A stretch of 64,000 bases of DNA from a candidate division WOR-3 bacterium (GTDB taxonomy: Bacteria > Hydrothermota > 32-111): assembly GCA_039804105.1 (NCBI GenBank), contig JBDRZU010000001.1, positions 640,001-704,000 of the forward strand, given 5' to 3'. The position numbers and the translations under genes are program-made. The notes beneath the pieces were generated by a model. That model saw only the letters and a list, made by a program, of their open reading frames with translations, was not told the origin of the DNA and made no database searches. Below, in pieces: positions 27,924 to 37,794 of the stretch (positions are counted from its first letter, which is position 1; each line of letters starts with the position of its first letter).

Positions 27924-30581
27924 TTATTTTTTCTTTAATTCACTCTGTGCAGCAGCAAGTCGTGCAATTGGAACTCTAAAAGGTGAACATGAAACATAAT
28001 CAAACCCATTTTTATTGAAGAAATCTATTGATGCTGGATCTCCCCCATGTTCTCCACAAACACCTATTTCAATATCAGAATTAACTTTTTTAGCGTCCTC
28101 AATTGCAATTTTTATCAACCTACCGACACCAACCTGATCAAGTGTCTGGAACGGATCATCTTTTAAAATCTTTTTATCTTCAATATAGGTCTTTAGAATT
28201 GGACCAACATCATCTCTTGAAAACCCTAATGTGGTTTGTGTTAAATCATTCGTTCCAAAGGAGAAGAAATCTGCTTCAGTTGCAATTTCAAAAGCAGTTA
28301 AAGCAGCTCTCGGTAACTCTATCATGGTTCCTATTAGAACTTTTAACTCCATTCCATATTCTTCAAAAACTTTTTTCATCGTGTTAACCACGACCTCTTT
28401 CTGTAACTGAAGTTCTTTAACATTACCAACAAGTGGAATCATTATTTCAGGTATTACCTTTTTTCCTTCCTTTGTTACTATACATGCTGCCTCAATGATA
28501 GCTCTTGTTTGCATTTCGGTTATTTCAGGGTATGTTATTCCCAGTCTGCAACCTCTATGTCCAAGCATTGGGTTCGCTTCTTTTAAACTTTCAATTTTCT
28601 GCTCAAGGACATCAACTGAAATTCCCATCTTTGAAGCTAAAATTTTTATCTGAGTTTCTTCTTTTGGTAAAAACTCATGCAATGGTGGATCAAGAGTTCT
28701 AATAACAACAGGGTACCCATCCATAGCCCTGAATATTCCTATAAAATCTTCCCTCTGCATTGGAAGTATTTTGTCAAGAGCCTTTTTCCTTTCCTCAGAT
28801 GTTGAGGAAAGTATCATCTGTCTCATCGCCTCTATTCTATCCTCACCAAAAAACATATGTTCGGTTCTGCAGAGTCCAATACCTTTTGCTCCAAAATTTC
28901 TTGCAGTTAAAGCATCCGATGGGGTATCAGCGTTTGCTCTTATCTCCAACCTTTTGAATTCATCCGTCAATTTCATTAAAGTTTCAAATTCATTTTTAAG
29001 TTCAGGTTTTACCTTGTTAACATTTCCTTCGATCACACGACCAGTTGACCCATCGATTGTGATAAAATCACCATCCTTCAAAACTTTATCCTTTATCTTC
29101 ATTATTCTTTTATCAAGATCAATTTCTATATCAGAACAACCTACAACGCATGGTTTTCCAAGGCCCCTTGCTACTACTGCCGCATGAGATGTCATTCCTC
29201 CCCTTGCAGTTAAAATACCATTACAGATATTCATTCCTACAATATCCTCAGGAGATGTCTCTTCTCTCACAAGGATAAGATCGTTTTCATTCTTTTTTCT
29301 TTCGACAGCTTCTTTTGCTGAAAAAACGATTCTTCCACTTGCAGCACCAGGAGATGCGGGCAAACCTTTTCCTAAAATATTAAGTTTTGCTTTCGGGTCT
29401 ATCATTGGGTGTAACATACCATCAACATCTTTTGGTGTAACCCTTAAAACAGCAGTCTTTTTATCAATTATTCCTTCTTCATAAAGGTTTATCGCTATCT
29501 TTATCGCTGCCTGTGGAGTTCTTTTCCCATTCCTTGTCTGAAGCATCCATAGTTTACCTTTTTCTATTGTAAACTCCATATCCTGCATATCTTTGTAATG
29601 TTTTTCAAGAAGGTTTCTATAACTTTCAAGTTCTTTATAAAGTTCTGGCATCAACTCTTCAAGTGTTTTTTGAGAATCATCAGTTTTCGAATTTTTGTTT
29701 ATTGGTTGTGGAGTTCTGATCCCAGCAACAACATCCTCACCCTGTGCATTTACGAGATACTCTCCATAAAAATAGTTTTCACCTGTTGAAGGGTTTCTTG
29801 TAAAAGCAACACCAGTTGCTGAATCATTACCCATATTTCCAAAAACCATCGACTGAACATTTACAGCTGTTCCCCAATCTTCAGGAATCTTTTCTATCTT
29901 TCTATATTCAATCGCTCTTTCATTGTTCCAAGATTTAAATACAGCTTCTATTGCACCCCACAATTGAACATTTACATCTTCAGGGAAATCTTTTCCTGTT
30001 TCCTTTTTAACAAGTTCTTTGTATAGTTTTACTATCTTTTTAAGGTCATCAACATCAAGTTCAACATCCTGAGTAACTCTCTTTTCTTTTTTCACCTTGT
30101 TCAATATCTCTTCAAAATGTTTATGTTCAACATGCAAAACAACATCACCATACATTTGAATAAATCTTCTGTAAGCATCATATGCAAACCTCTCGTTATT
30201 TGTGGATTTTGCAAGTCCTAAAACAGTTGTTTCGTTTAACCCTAAATTCAAAATTGTATCCATCATTCCAGGCATCGATGCGGGTGCACCTGATCTTACA
30301 GAAACAAGTAAAGGATTATTTTGATCTCCAAACTTTTTACCTAAAATTTCCTCCAACTTTTTCATATTTTTTTCAACATCTTTTTCAAGTCCATCTGGAT
30401 ATTTACCCCCAGTCTTTGTGAAATATGCACAAACTTCTGTTGTGATAGTAAAACCTGGAGGAACAGGTAATCCTAAAGATGCCATCTCTGCAAGGTTGGC
30501 TCCTTTCCCTCCCAGAAGCATTTTCATAGAAGCGTTGCCTTCTGTGACTCCTTTTCCAAAGAAGTAAATCATTTTTTCCAT
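27924..30581 (-). CDS. ppdK: Pyruvate, phosphate dikinase
   Basis: LGGKGANLAEM, SVRSGA..SMPGMMDT, GGMTSHAAVVARG, GIGLCRTEHMF, FGTNDLTQ, CGEHGG; AGGAGG SD. Confidence 0.98.
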   Translation of the reverse strand: MEKMIYFFGKGVTEGNASMKMLLGGKGANLAEMASLGLPVPPGFTITTEVCAYFTKTGGKYPDGLEKDVEKNMKKLEEILGKKFGDQNNPLLVSVRSGAPASMPGMMDTILNLGLNETTVLGLAKSTNNERFAYDAYRRFIQMYGDVVLHVEHKHFEEILNKVKKEKRVTQDVELDVDDLKKIVKLYKELVKKETGKDFPEDVNVQLWGAIEAVFKSWNNERAIEYRKIEKIPEDWGTAVNVQSMVFGNMGNDSATGVAFTRNPSTGENYFYGEYLVNAQGEDVVAGIRTPQPINKNSKTDDSQKTLEELMPELYKELESYRNLLEKHYKDMQDMEFTIEKGKLWMLQTRNGKRTPQAAIKIAINLYEEGIIDKKTAVLRVTPKDVDGMLHPMIDPKAKLNILGKGLPASPGAASGRIVFSAKEAVERKKNENDLILVREETSPEDIVGMNICNGILTARGGMTSHAAVVARGLGKPCVVGCSDIEIDLDKRIMKIKDKVLKDGDFITIDGSTGRVIEGNVNKVKPELKNEFETLMKLTDEFKRLEIRANADTPSDALTARNFGAKGIGLCRTEHMFFGEDRIEAMRQMILSSTSEERKKALDKILPMQREDFIGIFRAMDGYPVVIRTLDPPLHEFLPKEETQIKILASKMGISVDVLEQKIESLKEANPMLGHRGCRLGITYPEITEMQTRAIIEAACIVTKEGKKVIPEIMIPLVGNVKELQLQKEVVVNTMKKVFEEYGMELKVLIGTMIELPRAALTAFEIATEADFFSFGTNDLTQTTLGFSRDDVGPILKTYIEDKKILKDDPFQTLDQVGVGRLIKIAIEDAKKVNSDIEIGVCGEHGGDPASIDFFNKNGFDYVSCSPFRVPIARLAAAQSELKKK

Positions 30582-30622
30582 CTTATTAACCTCCTGATTT
30601 TTTGAAAATTTTTAAGAATTGT

Positions 30623-30665
30623 ATTTTATTATAAATAAAGATAAAAATCAAGTATTTTATTTCAA
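30623..30665 (-). promoter_or_regulatory. Predicted ppdK promoter; two readings: TTGATT-17-TAAAAT or TTGAAA-16-TATCTT
   Basis: Read directly in the divergent ppdK/sufS intergenic region; ambiguous. Confidence 0.45.
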
Positions 30666-30671
30666 TAAATG

Positions 30672-30699
30672 TTGACAAAATAGCAAAAAAAGATACTAT
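30672..30699 (+). promoter_or_regulatory. Predicted promoter TTGACA-16-TACTAT, 6 nt before the ATG at 30706 (leaderless)
   Basis: Perfect -35; no SD before the ATG. Confidence 0.7.
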
Positions 30700-30705
30700 T
30701 CTTTT

Positions 30706-31971
30706 ATGAAAAACTATAAAAAATATTTTCCTTTTTTTAAACACAATCCTGAAAAAGTTTATCTTGATAGTGCATGTATGGGGTTAAAGCCCTACTCGAT
30801 GTTAAAAAGTATAAATGAATATTATCTTAAATATTCGATCTGTGCAGGAAGATCTTCTTATAAACTATCAAAAGATCTTGAAGAGAATCTTGATATATCA
30901 AGAGAAAAAATTGCAAAACTCATCAACGCAAAAAGCAAAAGAGAGATTGTCTGGACTAAAAACACCACAGAATCTATAAACCTTTTAGCAAAATCTTTCA
31001 AATTTAAAAATGATAAAAAAAGAGTTATCATAACAGAAAAAGAGCATAATTCAAACCATTGTATCTGGAAAGAGTTGAATAAAAGGGGTATTATAGAACT
31101 TACAATAATAGATGTTAACAAAGATAATACATTCAATCTCGAGATGCTTGAAGAAGAATTGAAAAAAGGCAATGTCGCTTTAGTATCAACGGTTCACATT
31201 TCAAATCTCGATGGGATCGAAAACCCTATAAAAAAAATCTCAGAGTTGACACATAAATACGGAGCTTACCTTTTGATCGATGCAGCACAATCCGTTCCAC
31301 ATACAAAGGTTGATGTTTCAAACAATTTAATAGATTTTCTCGCGTTTTCAATACATAAACTATATGGACCAACAGGGCTTGGAGTATTGTATGTGAAAAG
31401 TGAATTGTTCGATAAACTCGACCTTTACAATGTTGGCGGAGACACCATCAGAAATACTTTTATCGATAAGGACCCAGAGTATAGAACATACCCTTATAAA
31501 TATGAAGCAGGACTTGCTGATTTTTCTGGGATATACAGTGTTTCATCAGTTGTTGATTTCATAAACAATATTGGTTATGAAAATATAGAAGAAAGAATAA
31601 ATATCTTGAACAACAGATTCAGAAAATTTTTAAAACAGTTTGATGAAATTAAGATAATTGGTGATATCGAACCAGAAAATAAAGTAAAAGGTATCACAAC
31701 ATTTTTTATAAAAAAGTTTACAAGATTTTCTGAAAATGAACCAACAATAGGAGAAAAACTTGATAAGAAATATAACATACTCTTAAGAACAGGATTTTTC
31801 TGTGTTAATCCATATTTTGATAACAGGGAAAAAAAAGGTGAAATTAATCCCTTATATTACCCTGCAATAAGAGTATCTTTTGGTTTTTACAACGATGAAG
31901 AGGATCTCGAAAAACTTGAAAAAAGTATAAAATGTATTTTAAAATCTCTTAAAGGTTGGCCAACATTATGA
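30706..31971 (+). CDS. Class V aminotransferase / SufS-like (group II) cysteine desulfurase
   Basis: YLDSAC..LKP, NTTESIN, EHNSN, DAAQS, FSIHKLYGPTG (PLP Lys), YEAG, RTGFFC (catalytic Cys loop), RVSFGFYN. Confidence 0.85.
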   Translation: MKNYKKYFPFFKHNPEKVYLDSACMGLKPYSMLKSINEYYLKYSICAGRSSYKLSKDLEENLDISREKIAKLINAKSKREIVWTKNTTESINLLAKSFKFKNDKKRVIITEKEHNSNHCIWKELNKRGIIELTIIDVNKDNTFNLEMLEEELKKGNVALVSTVHISNLDGIENPIKKISELTHKYGAYLLIDAAQSVPHTKVDVSNNLIDFLAFSIHKLYGPTGLGVLYVKSELFDKLDLYNVGGDTIRNTFIDKDPEYRTYPYKYEAGLADFSGIYSVSSVVDFINNIGYENIEERINILNNRFRKFLKQFDEIKIIGDIEPENKVKGITTFFIKKFTRFSENEPTIGEKLDKKYNILLRTGFFCVNPYFDNREKKGEINPLYYPAIRVSFGFYNDEEDLEKLEKSIKCILKSLKGWPTL

Positions 31972-32357
31972 AAAAGAATCAACTGAAAAAATATCTTATA
32001 CAGATCCAAAAAGAAAATAAAGAACCTATAAAAAATTTCAACATTTCAATAGAAGGGTCAGTTTGCGATACGAACTCTAAATTTAAAGATGTTGTTTCTT
32101 TCTATATTTTAAACGAAAATGGTTTAATAAAGGAAATTTCAGTAAAATGTGGACCTTGTGATCCTTACGCTTACATAGTATCCAATATACTTTCTAAAAT
32201 CTTAAAGGGATTAAAAATCGAACAGATAAGAATAACCAACGATATGATATACCAAGAATTTTTAAAATACCTAGATTATAAGATAGATGAAGATATGAGA
32301 TTCCATTTTGAAACTCTTCTAAAAATCTTGGAAGATAAATTAAACAACAAAGTTTAA
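31968..32357 (+). CDS. Divergent SufU/IscU (NifU-N)-like protein
   Basis: ATGA overlap with the desulfurase stop. The pattern GSVC...KDVVSFYI.NENGLIKEISVKCGPC....VSNILSKILKG resembles NifU-N strands and helix. Confidence 0.5.
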   Translation: MKKNQLKKYLIQIQKENKEPIKNFNISIEGSVCDTNSKFKDVVSFYILNENGLIKEISVKCGPCDPYAYIVSNILSKILKGLKIEQIRITNDMIYQEFLKYLDYKIDEDMRFHFETLLKILEDKLNNKV

Positions 32358-32366
32358 ACTTTTTTT

Positions 32367-34757
32367 ATGTTAAAACAAAAATTTTTAACTGTATCAATTT
32401 TTGTTTTTCTATGTTTTAAAATAATTTATGGAGAATATTTCCATACGGTGTTGTTAACAACAAAAAACCATAAAATATCTGATATAAATTTTATCTTCCT
32501 ATGTAAATATTATGGACTCAAAGTTAAGGAGATTAAACTCGAAACCACACAACCATTAGATGATTCAATGTTCAAAAATGAAAATGGAGAATATATTAAA
32601 TCTATCTGCATAAGTTTCAAAAATCTTGAAGATTCATCACTCATAAATACAGAAGAAATCTCTCTTTTAAAATCCACAGTTCTTAAAGGAACCAATATTT
32701 TGATAAATGATATTTCTGACTCTTTTAACTTTACAAATATAAAAATTCTAACTGATTTTAAATTTTTCAAAACAGAGTATTTTAAAAACTATAAAGCATG
32801 GTTATTTAATGAAGATAGTTGTAAAATTTCTGATGTTTTCTCAAAAAAAGTTATTCCATGTGAATATTTTTTTGAAGATGGTTTTACCATTACTGGAGAT
32901 GGGAAAACAGATTTAATAACCGATAGTGAAAATAACAATTCAATCTTTTCTTATTTTAACTTCGGAAAAGGAAAAATATTTTTGAATGGCTGTATAATTA
33001 ATAAAAGTTTGTTAACAAATAAACTTGTTAATCTTTATTATGGATCAGAAAATAAACCAAAATCAATAAATAATATTTTACCGATTATGATATTCTTAAA
33101 ATTTTCAAATGGAGCAATGTGCTGGCATAATCACAAAAAATACGCTAATCTGACGATAGATGATCCCAATTTGATCGAACAGTTTGGGGCATTAAATTAT
33201 AAAGAACTATTAAAGCAGATGGAAACACACACATTTCACACAACGATAGCGTTCATACCCAGAAATTTTGAAACTAACTTTGATACATCAGTGTTGAACT
33301 TATTCAAAAATTATCCTGATAAATTTTCTATAACTATACATGGAAACAACCATGATGGATATGAATTCATATGCTTTACTCAGGAACAGTTAGATTCCTT
33401 AAATAAACTATATAATAATCGTTGGATAACACAAATCCCACGGCCTTTTAAAGATCAAGAGTGTGATATAGTTGAATCTTTAACTAGAATGGAACTTTTT
33501 AAATTGAAAATGGGAATCGATTACTCTATAGATATGGTTTTTCCATGGGGGATACCACTTTCACCAACACTTGGAATTTTAAAAAAATATAATTTTAATT
33601 CAACCATAAATGCTCAAACACAACCATTTTTATTTTTAGAAAATGATTATGATACAAATTATGATTTCAACATGAGACCTGTGAATCTAAATTTCTCTAA
33701 CTTTGCTGTAATCGGAAGAAATCCACCCTATTTTTCAGATGATTCTGTTTGTTTAAAATTTCTTTTAGATCTGTTTATAGATAAACCTCTTCTTTTATAT
33801 TGTCATGAAAACTTTTTTTCAAAAGGGATGGATTCGTTCAACCCTTTTGCATATTTTGTTAACTCTTTATTTTACAAAATTGAATGGAAATCTCTTGGTT
33901 ATATAACGAAAAGGACTTATCTAGAAAAAGAGAATTTTGATGGAAGTGTCGATGTTCAATTTTATGGTAACAGTTTAATAATATCGAACAATTCCAACAC
34001 TCAAAAAACATATAACCTGAAAAAATGTGAAAAATTCACTTCTTCATTTTTAACCGTTCTTGTTGATGGGATGAATTTCCCATATAATATAGAAAATGAT
34101 ACACTTTATATCAATCTTGTAATACCACCAAATAAAGAAAAAGAAATAAACATAAAATATCGAAATCCCATAGATTTTAGTTTTACAGAAAAAATCGATT
34201 TTAATGTTAACAAAGATAGTTTATCATTGTCCTGCCAAATAGTGAATCTAACTTCGGATAGTGGTGCGTGTCCGATTTTCTTTTATGAGTCGAACAAGAG
34301 TAATCTCCAGTATGTTTCAACAATCTTTTTTAATCCTTTTGATACACAAACAATCTACTTATCATTAGACAAAAATTTTGATTTTGAAAGGGATAGTTTT
34401 TCTGTCATGATTGATCCTTATAATTTAGTATACGAAATGGAAAAGGCAAACAATAAACTAAATTTTAACAAGAAAATCAAAAATTTATCTATCAATTCTT
34501 TTTCAAAAAATAATGTGTATTTAATCAATCAAAATAAAAATGAATTAACTTTTGTTTTTGATACTCCAACCGATTTGAAAGAAATATCAGTTTATATCTA
34601 TGATACAACTGGTAGATGTATTTTAGAGGAAATATTTAAAAATGATAAAAGGATTTTCACTTTAAACATATCTAAATTACCAACAGGTATGTTCTTTGTA
34701 AAATTTAAAACCGGAACTTTTTACACGAAAATATTAAAATTTTTAAAATTAGAATAA
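32367..34757 (+). CDS. Secreted protein: polysaccharide-deacetylase-like domain, CARDB-like repeat and T9SS-type C-terminal domain
   Basis: Signal peptide; TIDDP, HGNNH, VFPWG (NodB-like motifs); IDPYNLVYEMEKANN (CARDB-like); IYDTTGR..LNISKLPTGMFFVK (Por secretion tail). Confidence 0.65.
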   Translation: MLKQKFLTVSIFVFLCFKIIYGEYFHTVLLTTKNHKISDINFIFLCKYYGLKVKEIKLETTQPLDDSMFKNENGEYIKSICISFKNLEDSSLINTEEISLLKSTVLKGTNILINDISDSFNFTNIKILTDFKFFKTEYFKNYKAWLFNEDSCKISDVFSKKVIPCEYFFEDGFTITGDGKTDLITDSENNNSIFSYFNFGKGKIFLNGCIINKSLLTNKLVNLYYGSENKPKSINNILPIMIFLKFSNGAMCWHNHKKYANLTIDDPNLIEQFGALNYKELLKQMETHTFHTTIAFIPRNFETNFDTSVLNLFKNYPDKFSITIHGNNHDGYEFICFTQEQLDSLNKLYNNRWITQIPRPFKDQECDIVESLTRMELFKLKMGIDYSIDMVFPWGIPLSPTLGILKKYNFNSTINAQTQPFLFLENDYDTNYDFNMRPVNLNFSNFAVIGRNPPYFSDDSVCLKFLLDLFIDKPLLLYCHENFFSKGMDSFNPFAYFVNSLFYKIEWKSLGYITKRTYLEKENFDGSVDVQFYGNSLIISNNSNTQKTYNLKKCEKFTSSFLTVLVDGMNFPYNIENDTLYINLVIPPNKEKEINIKYRNPIDFSFTEKIDFNVNKDSLSLSCQIVNLTSDSGACPIFFYESNKSNLQYVSTIFFNPFDTQTIYLSLDKNFDFERDSFSVMIDPYNLVYEMEKANNKLNFNKKIKNLSINSFSKNNVYLINQNKNELTFVFDTPTDLKEISVYIYDTTGRCILEEIFKNDKRIFTLNISKLPTGMFFVKFKTGTFYTKILKFLKLE

Positions 34758-34760
34758 TTT

Positions 34761-35912
34761 TTATTTCATAAAATCGACTATCTTGGTAATATAATCATAA
34801 TCAATCTTTAAATTTCTTGTTGGAGCACATTCGATTACATTCTTTTTTATATCCTCATATTCATTTATCCCGTAAAATGACAATCGCGTTGGGGATTTTA
34901 TATCTTCAAAAAAATTTTCAATTTTTTCAATAGATTTTTCAATAACATACTCTTTTGAACCATTCAATCCAAAAACATTTTTTCCAAAAATAAAAAATTT
35001 CTCAGAGTATTTATTTTTGTTTACCTTCATCCATGCTGGAATTACTATCGAAAGTCCAGCACCATGTGGAACATCAAACAATGCACTTAAAGCATGTTCA
35101 ATAAGATGGTTTTCAAATTTGTATTTACCTATACCTGCTGTTGTTATACCTGAGAGTCCAAGCGCCGCAGCCCACATAATATTGGCTCTTTCGTTAAGAT
35201 TTTCCGGATCTTTGAGGACTTTATAAGTTGAATCAATAACTGTTTTAACTATCGTCTCTGTAAAACCATCCTGAATAGGGGTATTTTTTTCTTCTGCTGT
35301 AAAATATCCTTCAAGAACATGAGATATTATATCAACCGAAGCGTATGCGGTATAATCTTTCGGAAGAGTAACAGTTAATTTCGGGTCAAGAATTGAAAAT
35401 TTTGGGAAAAGATTTTCGCTCTGTATTCTTATTTTATGCTTTAAATTATCATTTTGAATTACAGAAATCGGATTGAATTCACTCCCGGTTGCAGAAACTG
35501 TTAAAATAACCATAAGCGGAAGCGCTTTGTCTATTTTAATATCCTTTGAGAAAAGATCCCATGGATCATTCTCATAAAAATAGCCAGCCGCAATCGCTTT
35601 TCCAGTATCGATAACACTTCCCCCACCGAGTGTGACTATGGAATCTATTTTTTCCTTTCGTGCAATTTCAATTCCCTCTTTTACTTTTTCAATAACAGGA
35701 TTAGGTTTCACCCCCTCAAGAATAAAATATTCGGATCCATTTTCCTCTATCATTTTGACAAGTTTTTCTAAAAGACCATATTTTTTTACAGATCCTTTGC
35801 CAATTATAACTAAATGTTTTTTCCCTAAAATTTTTAAATACTCCTTTGATGAATAGAATTTATCGACACCAAAAATGATCTTTACTGGATTGTAGAAAGT
35901 GAAACTGTTCAT
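34761..35912 (-). CDS. Iron-containing alcohol dehydrogenase (BdhA/YqhD-like butanol dehydrogenase)
   Basis: NPVKIIFG, GGGSVID.GK, SATGSE, DIISHVLE, HLIEHALS..PHGAGL. Start at ATG 35912 after AAGGAG; the ORF-track ATG 35936 lies inside the -10 box. Confidence 0.92.
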   Translation of the reverse strand: MNSFTFYNPVKIIFGVDKFYSSKEYLKILGKKHLVIIGKGSVKKYGLLEKLVKMIEENGSEYFILEGVKPNPVIEKVKEGIEIARKEKIDSIVTLGGGSVIDTGKAIAAGYFYENDPWDLFSKDIKIDKALPLMVILTVSATGSEFNPISVIQNDNLKHKIRIQSENLFPKFSILDPKLTVTLPKDYTAYASVDIISHVLEGYFTAEEKNTPIQDGFTETIVKTVIDSTYKVLKDPENLNERANIMWAAALGLSGITTAGIGKYKFENHLIEHALSALFDVPHGAGLSIVIPAWMKVNKNKYSEKFFIFGKNVFGLNGSKEYVIEKSIEKIENFFEDIKSPTRLSFYGINEYEDIKKNVIECAPTRNLKIDYDYITKIVDFMK

Positions 35913-35934
35913 ACTTTCTCCTTTTTTACAAATC

Positions 35935-35962
35935 ATTATAAATTTTTATCATCAAATTTCAA
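35935..35962 (-). promoter_or_regulatory. Predicted promoter TTGAAA-16-TATAAT for the alcohol dehydrogenase
   Basis: Perfect -10, short leader with SD. Confidence 0.7.
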
Positions 35963-36015
35963 TATTCATTAAGAAAATTTAAAAAAAATTGTCAAAAGCT
36001 ATTTCTTTGATACTG

Positions 36016-36043
36016 TTGACATAGTAAAATCATTCTATATAAT
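36016..36043 (+). promoter_or_regulatory. Predicted promoter TTGACA-16-TATAAT for the lipoprotein gene
   Basis: Both hexamers are perfect consensus; followed by AAGGAGGT SD. Confidence 0.8.
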
Positions 36044-36076
36044 TCCAAAAAATTTATTTAAAGGAGGTATTATAAA

Positions 36077-36757
36077 ATGAAGAAACTGTTTGTTTATTTG
36101 CTTGTCATTTTAACAATCATTGCAATTTCCTGTTCAAAACAGAAAGTAAAAATTGAAGGTATTTACAAATACTCAGTTGCATTCACAAAAAAGGTTAATT
36201 TCAAAGACATCAATAATGTAACTCTTGGAGACACTTCTTACACTTTTGGTGAAATTAACCTCTACTGGGATTTAAAAGAGGAACCAAAAGGAACAAACAT
36301 TATTATTGAAAAAGCAGAAAACACTGATTCTGTTTATCAGGAACCGATAGGATATCAACTTAAAAAAACAGACTTTTTTACAGACAAAATTTCATCATCA
36401 GGGAAATATTACTATAAAATTTCAATAGATAAAAATCTTATAAATAAATATTCTATTGATATCCCAGAGTTAATAATATATTCACCAACAACAAAAGATA
36501 CAGCAGTAGCAAGCAAAAATTTAACAATCTATTTTAACAAAATCGATGGAGCACAGAAGTACAATATTATTCTTATCGATTACAAAAATAACCCTGTATG
36601 GACACTCGAAAGTGCAGACACACAGATTACATATACAGGTGATCCACTTCAGCAAGGTTATGTTTACAATCTTATAGTTTCTACAGAAATTTTAGTTGAT
36701 TCAATAAATAAAATAAATATTTCTTCAGAATCACAATTTTTGGTAAACAAAAAGTAA
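36077..36757 (+). CDS. Hypothetical lipoprotein (beta-sandwich/FN3-like), probably highly expressed
   Basis: Lipobox AISC; perfect promoter, perfect SD and its own terminator. Confidence 0.8.
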   Translation: MKKLFVYLLVILTIIAISCSKQKVKIEGIYKYSVAFTKKVNFKDINNVTLGDTSYTFGEINLYWDLKEEPKGTNIIIEKAENTDSVYQEPIGYQLKKTDFFTDKISSSGKYYYKISIDKNLINKYSIDIPELIIYSPTTKDTAVASKNLTIYFNKIDGAQKYNIILIDYKNNPVWTLESADTQITYTGDPLQQGYVYNLIVSTEILVDSINKINISSESQFLVNKK

Positions 36758-36781
36758 AAGATTCAAATCAAGGATAAAACT

Positions 36782-36812
36782 AAAAAAGGGGAGTTCAACA
36801 CTCCCCTTTTTT
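36782..36812. terminator. Bidirectional intrinsic terminator between the convergent lipoprotein and CDF genes
   Basis: AAAAAA-GGGGAGT-tcaac-ACTCCCC-TTTTTT perfect hairpin with A and T tracts on both sides. Confidence 0.9.
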
Positions 36813-37701
36813 AATTGCTCGGTTCTATATGGATATTTATATAGAAATTTTTCCCATATTTTTCTGTTAATTTATCTTCTACAACTTCAGTTATTTTATG
36901 CGCTTTTTCAACAGTTATCGATTTGTCAACCTCTATATGAATATCTATAGCGATATAATTTCCAATTCTTCTCGTCTGGATACTGTGAGGATTCAAAACT
37001 CCGTCAACACTGTTTATTATTTTCAATATATCATCCTCCTCTTTTGAAGTCAACGATTTTTCTGTTAATTCATCATAAGCGTCTTTCACAATATCGAAAC
37101 CAACCTTAATGATGAAAAAAGTAACTATTATTGCTGAAATTGGATCAAAAATAATCAAACTCTTATTAAAAACTGCAAGTCCAATTCCTACACTTGTTGC
37201 TATCGAGGAAAATGCATCAGATCTATGATGCCAAGCATTTGCTTTTATCGATTGGCTTTTTATTTTATCTGCAATAAAAATGGTATATCTATATAAACCC
37301 TCTTTTATAATTATGGATAAGAAGGCAAAAATAAATGTTATCCTGGTTGGTTGTATAACATGATATCCTTTAAAAATTGAAAAAATTGTTTTTACAGAAG
37401 AATAAAAAATAAAAACACCAACAAAGATCAAAAAAATTCCAACAACGAATGTTGCGAAAGTTTCAATCTTACCATGTCCATAGTCGTGTGATTCATCAAC
37501 AGGTTTTGAGGAAAATTTTAAGCCAAAGATTACAACAATATCTGTGATAAAATCAGACAATGAATGAAAACCATCAGCTATAAGTGCTTTACTTCTACCA
37601 ACTATCCCCAAAAAAATTTTTAACAAAGTTAAAATAATATTTACAAAAAGTCCAATCAAAGTAACTTTGATACCTTCATGTTTTCTTTTTTCATTCTCCA
37701 T
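36811..37701 (-). CDS. Cation diffusion facilitator (FieF/MamM-like) transporter
   Basis: ADGFHSLSD, HDYGHGKIE, NAWHHRSD, C-terminal HIEP. Confidence 0.93.
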   Translation of the reverse strand: MENEKRKHEGIKVTLIGLFVNIILTLLKIFLGIVGRSKALIADGFHSLSDFITDIVVIFGLKFSSKPVDESHDYGHGKIETFATFVVGIFLIFVGVFIFYSSVKTIFSIFKGYHVIQPTRITFIFAFLSIIIKEGLYRYTIFIADKIKSQSIKANAWHHRSDAFSSIATSVGIGLAVFNKSLIIFDPISAIIVTFFIIKVGFDIVKDAYDELTEKSLTSKEEDDILKIINSVDGVLNPHSIQTRRIGNYIAIDIHIEVDKSITVEKAHKITEVVEDKLTEKYGKNFYINIHIEPSN

Positions 37702-37707
37702 GGTTTA

Positions 37708-37735
37708 ATTATAAAATGTAAATATAGTTAGTCAA
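37708..37735 (-). promoter_or_regulatory. Predicted promoter TTGACT-16-TATAAT, 6 nt before the CDF ATG (leaderless)
   Basis: Read directly; no SD. Confidence 0.75.
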
Positions 37736-37737
37736 TA

Positions 37738-37765
37738 TTGACTTTAAAACTAATCAATATAAAAT
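37738..37765 (+). promoter_or_regulatory. Predicted degP promoter TTGACT-16-TAAAAT
   Basis: Its -35 is back-to-back with the CDF -35 in the palindrome AGTCAATATTGACT (37730-37743). Confidence 0.7.
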
Positions 37766-37794
37766 TATTAATTCAGAAAACTCGGAGGTATCAT

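Noticed and set aside
30621..30661. Direct repeat GTATTTTATT x2 (31 bp apart), and TCAAA-N9-TTTGA at 35992-36010, as operator sites
   Set aside because: Short and AT-rich in an AT-rich genome; no cognate regulator or second copy to support them.
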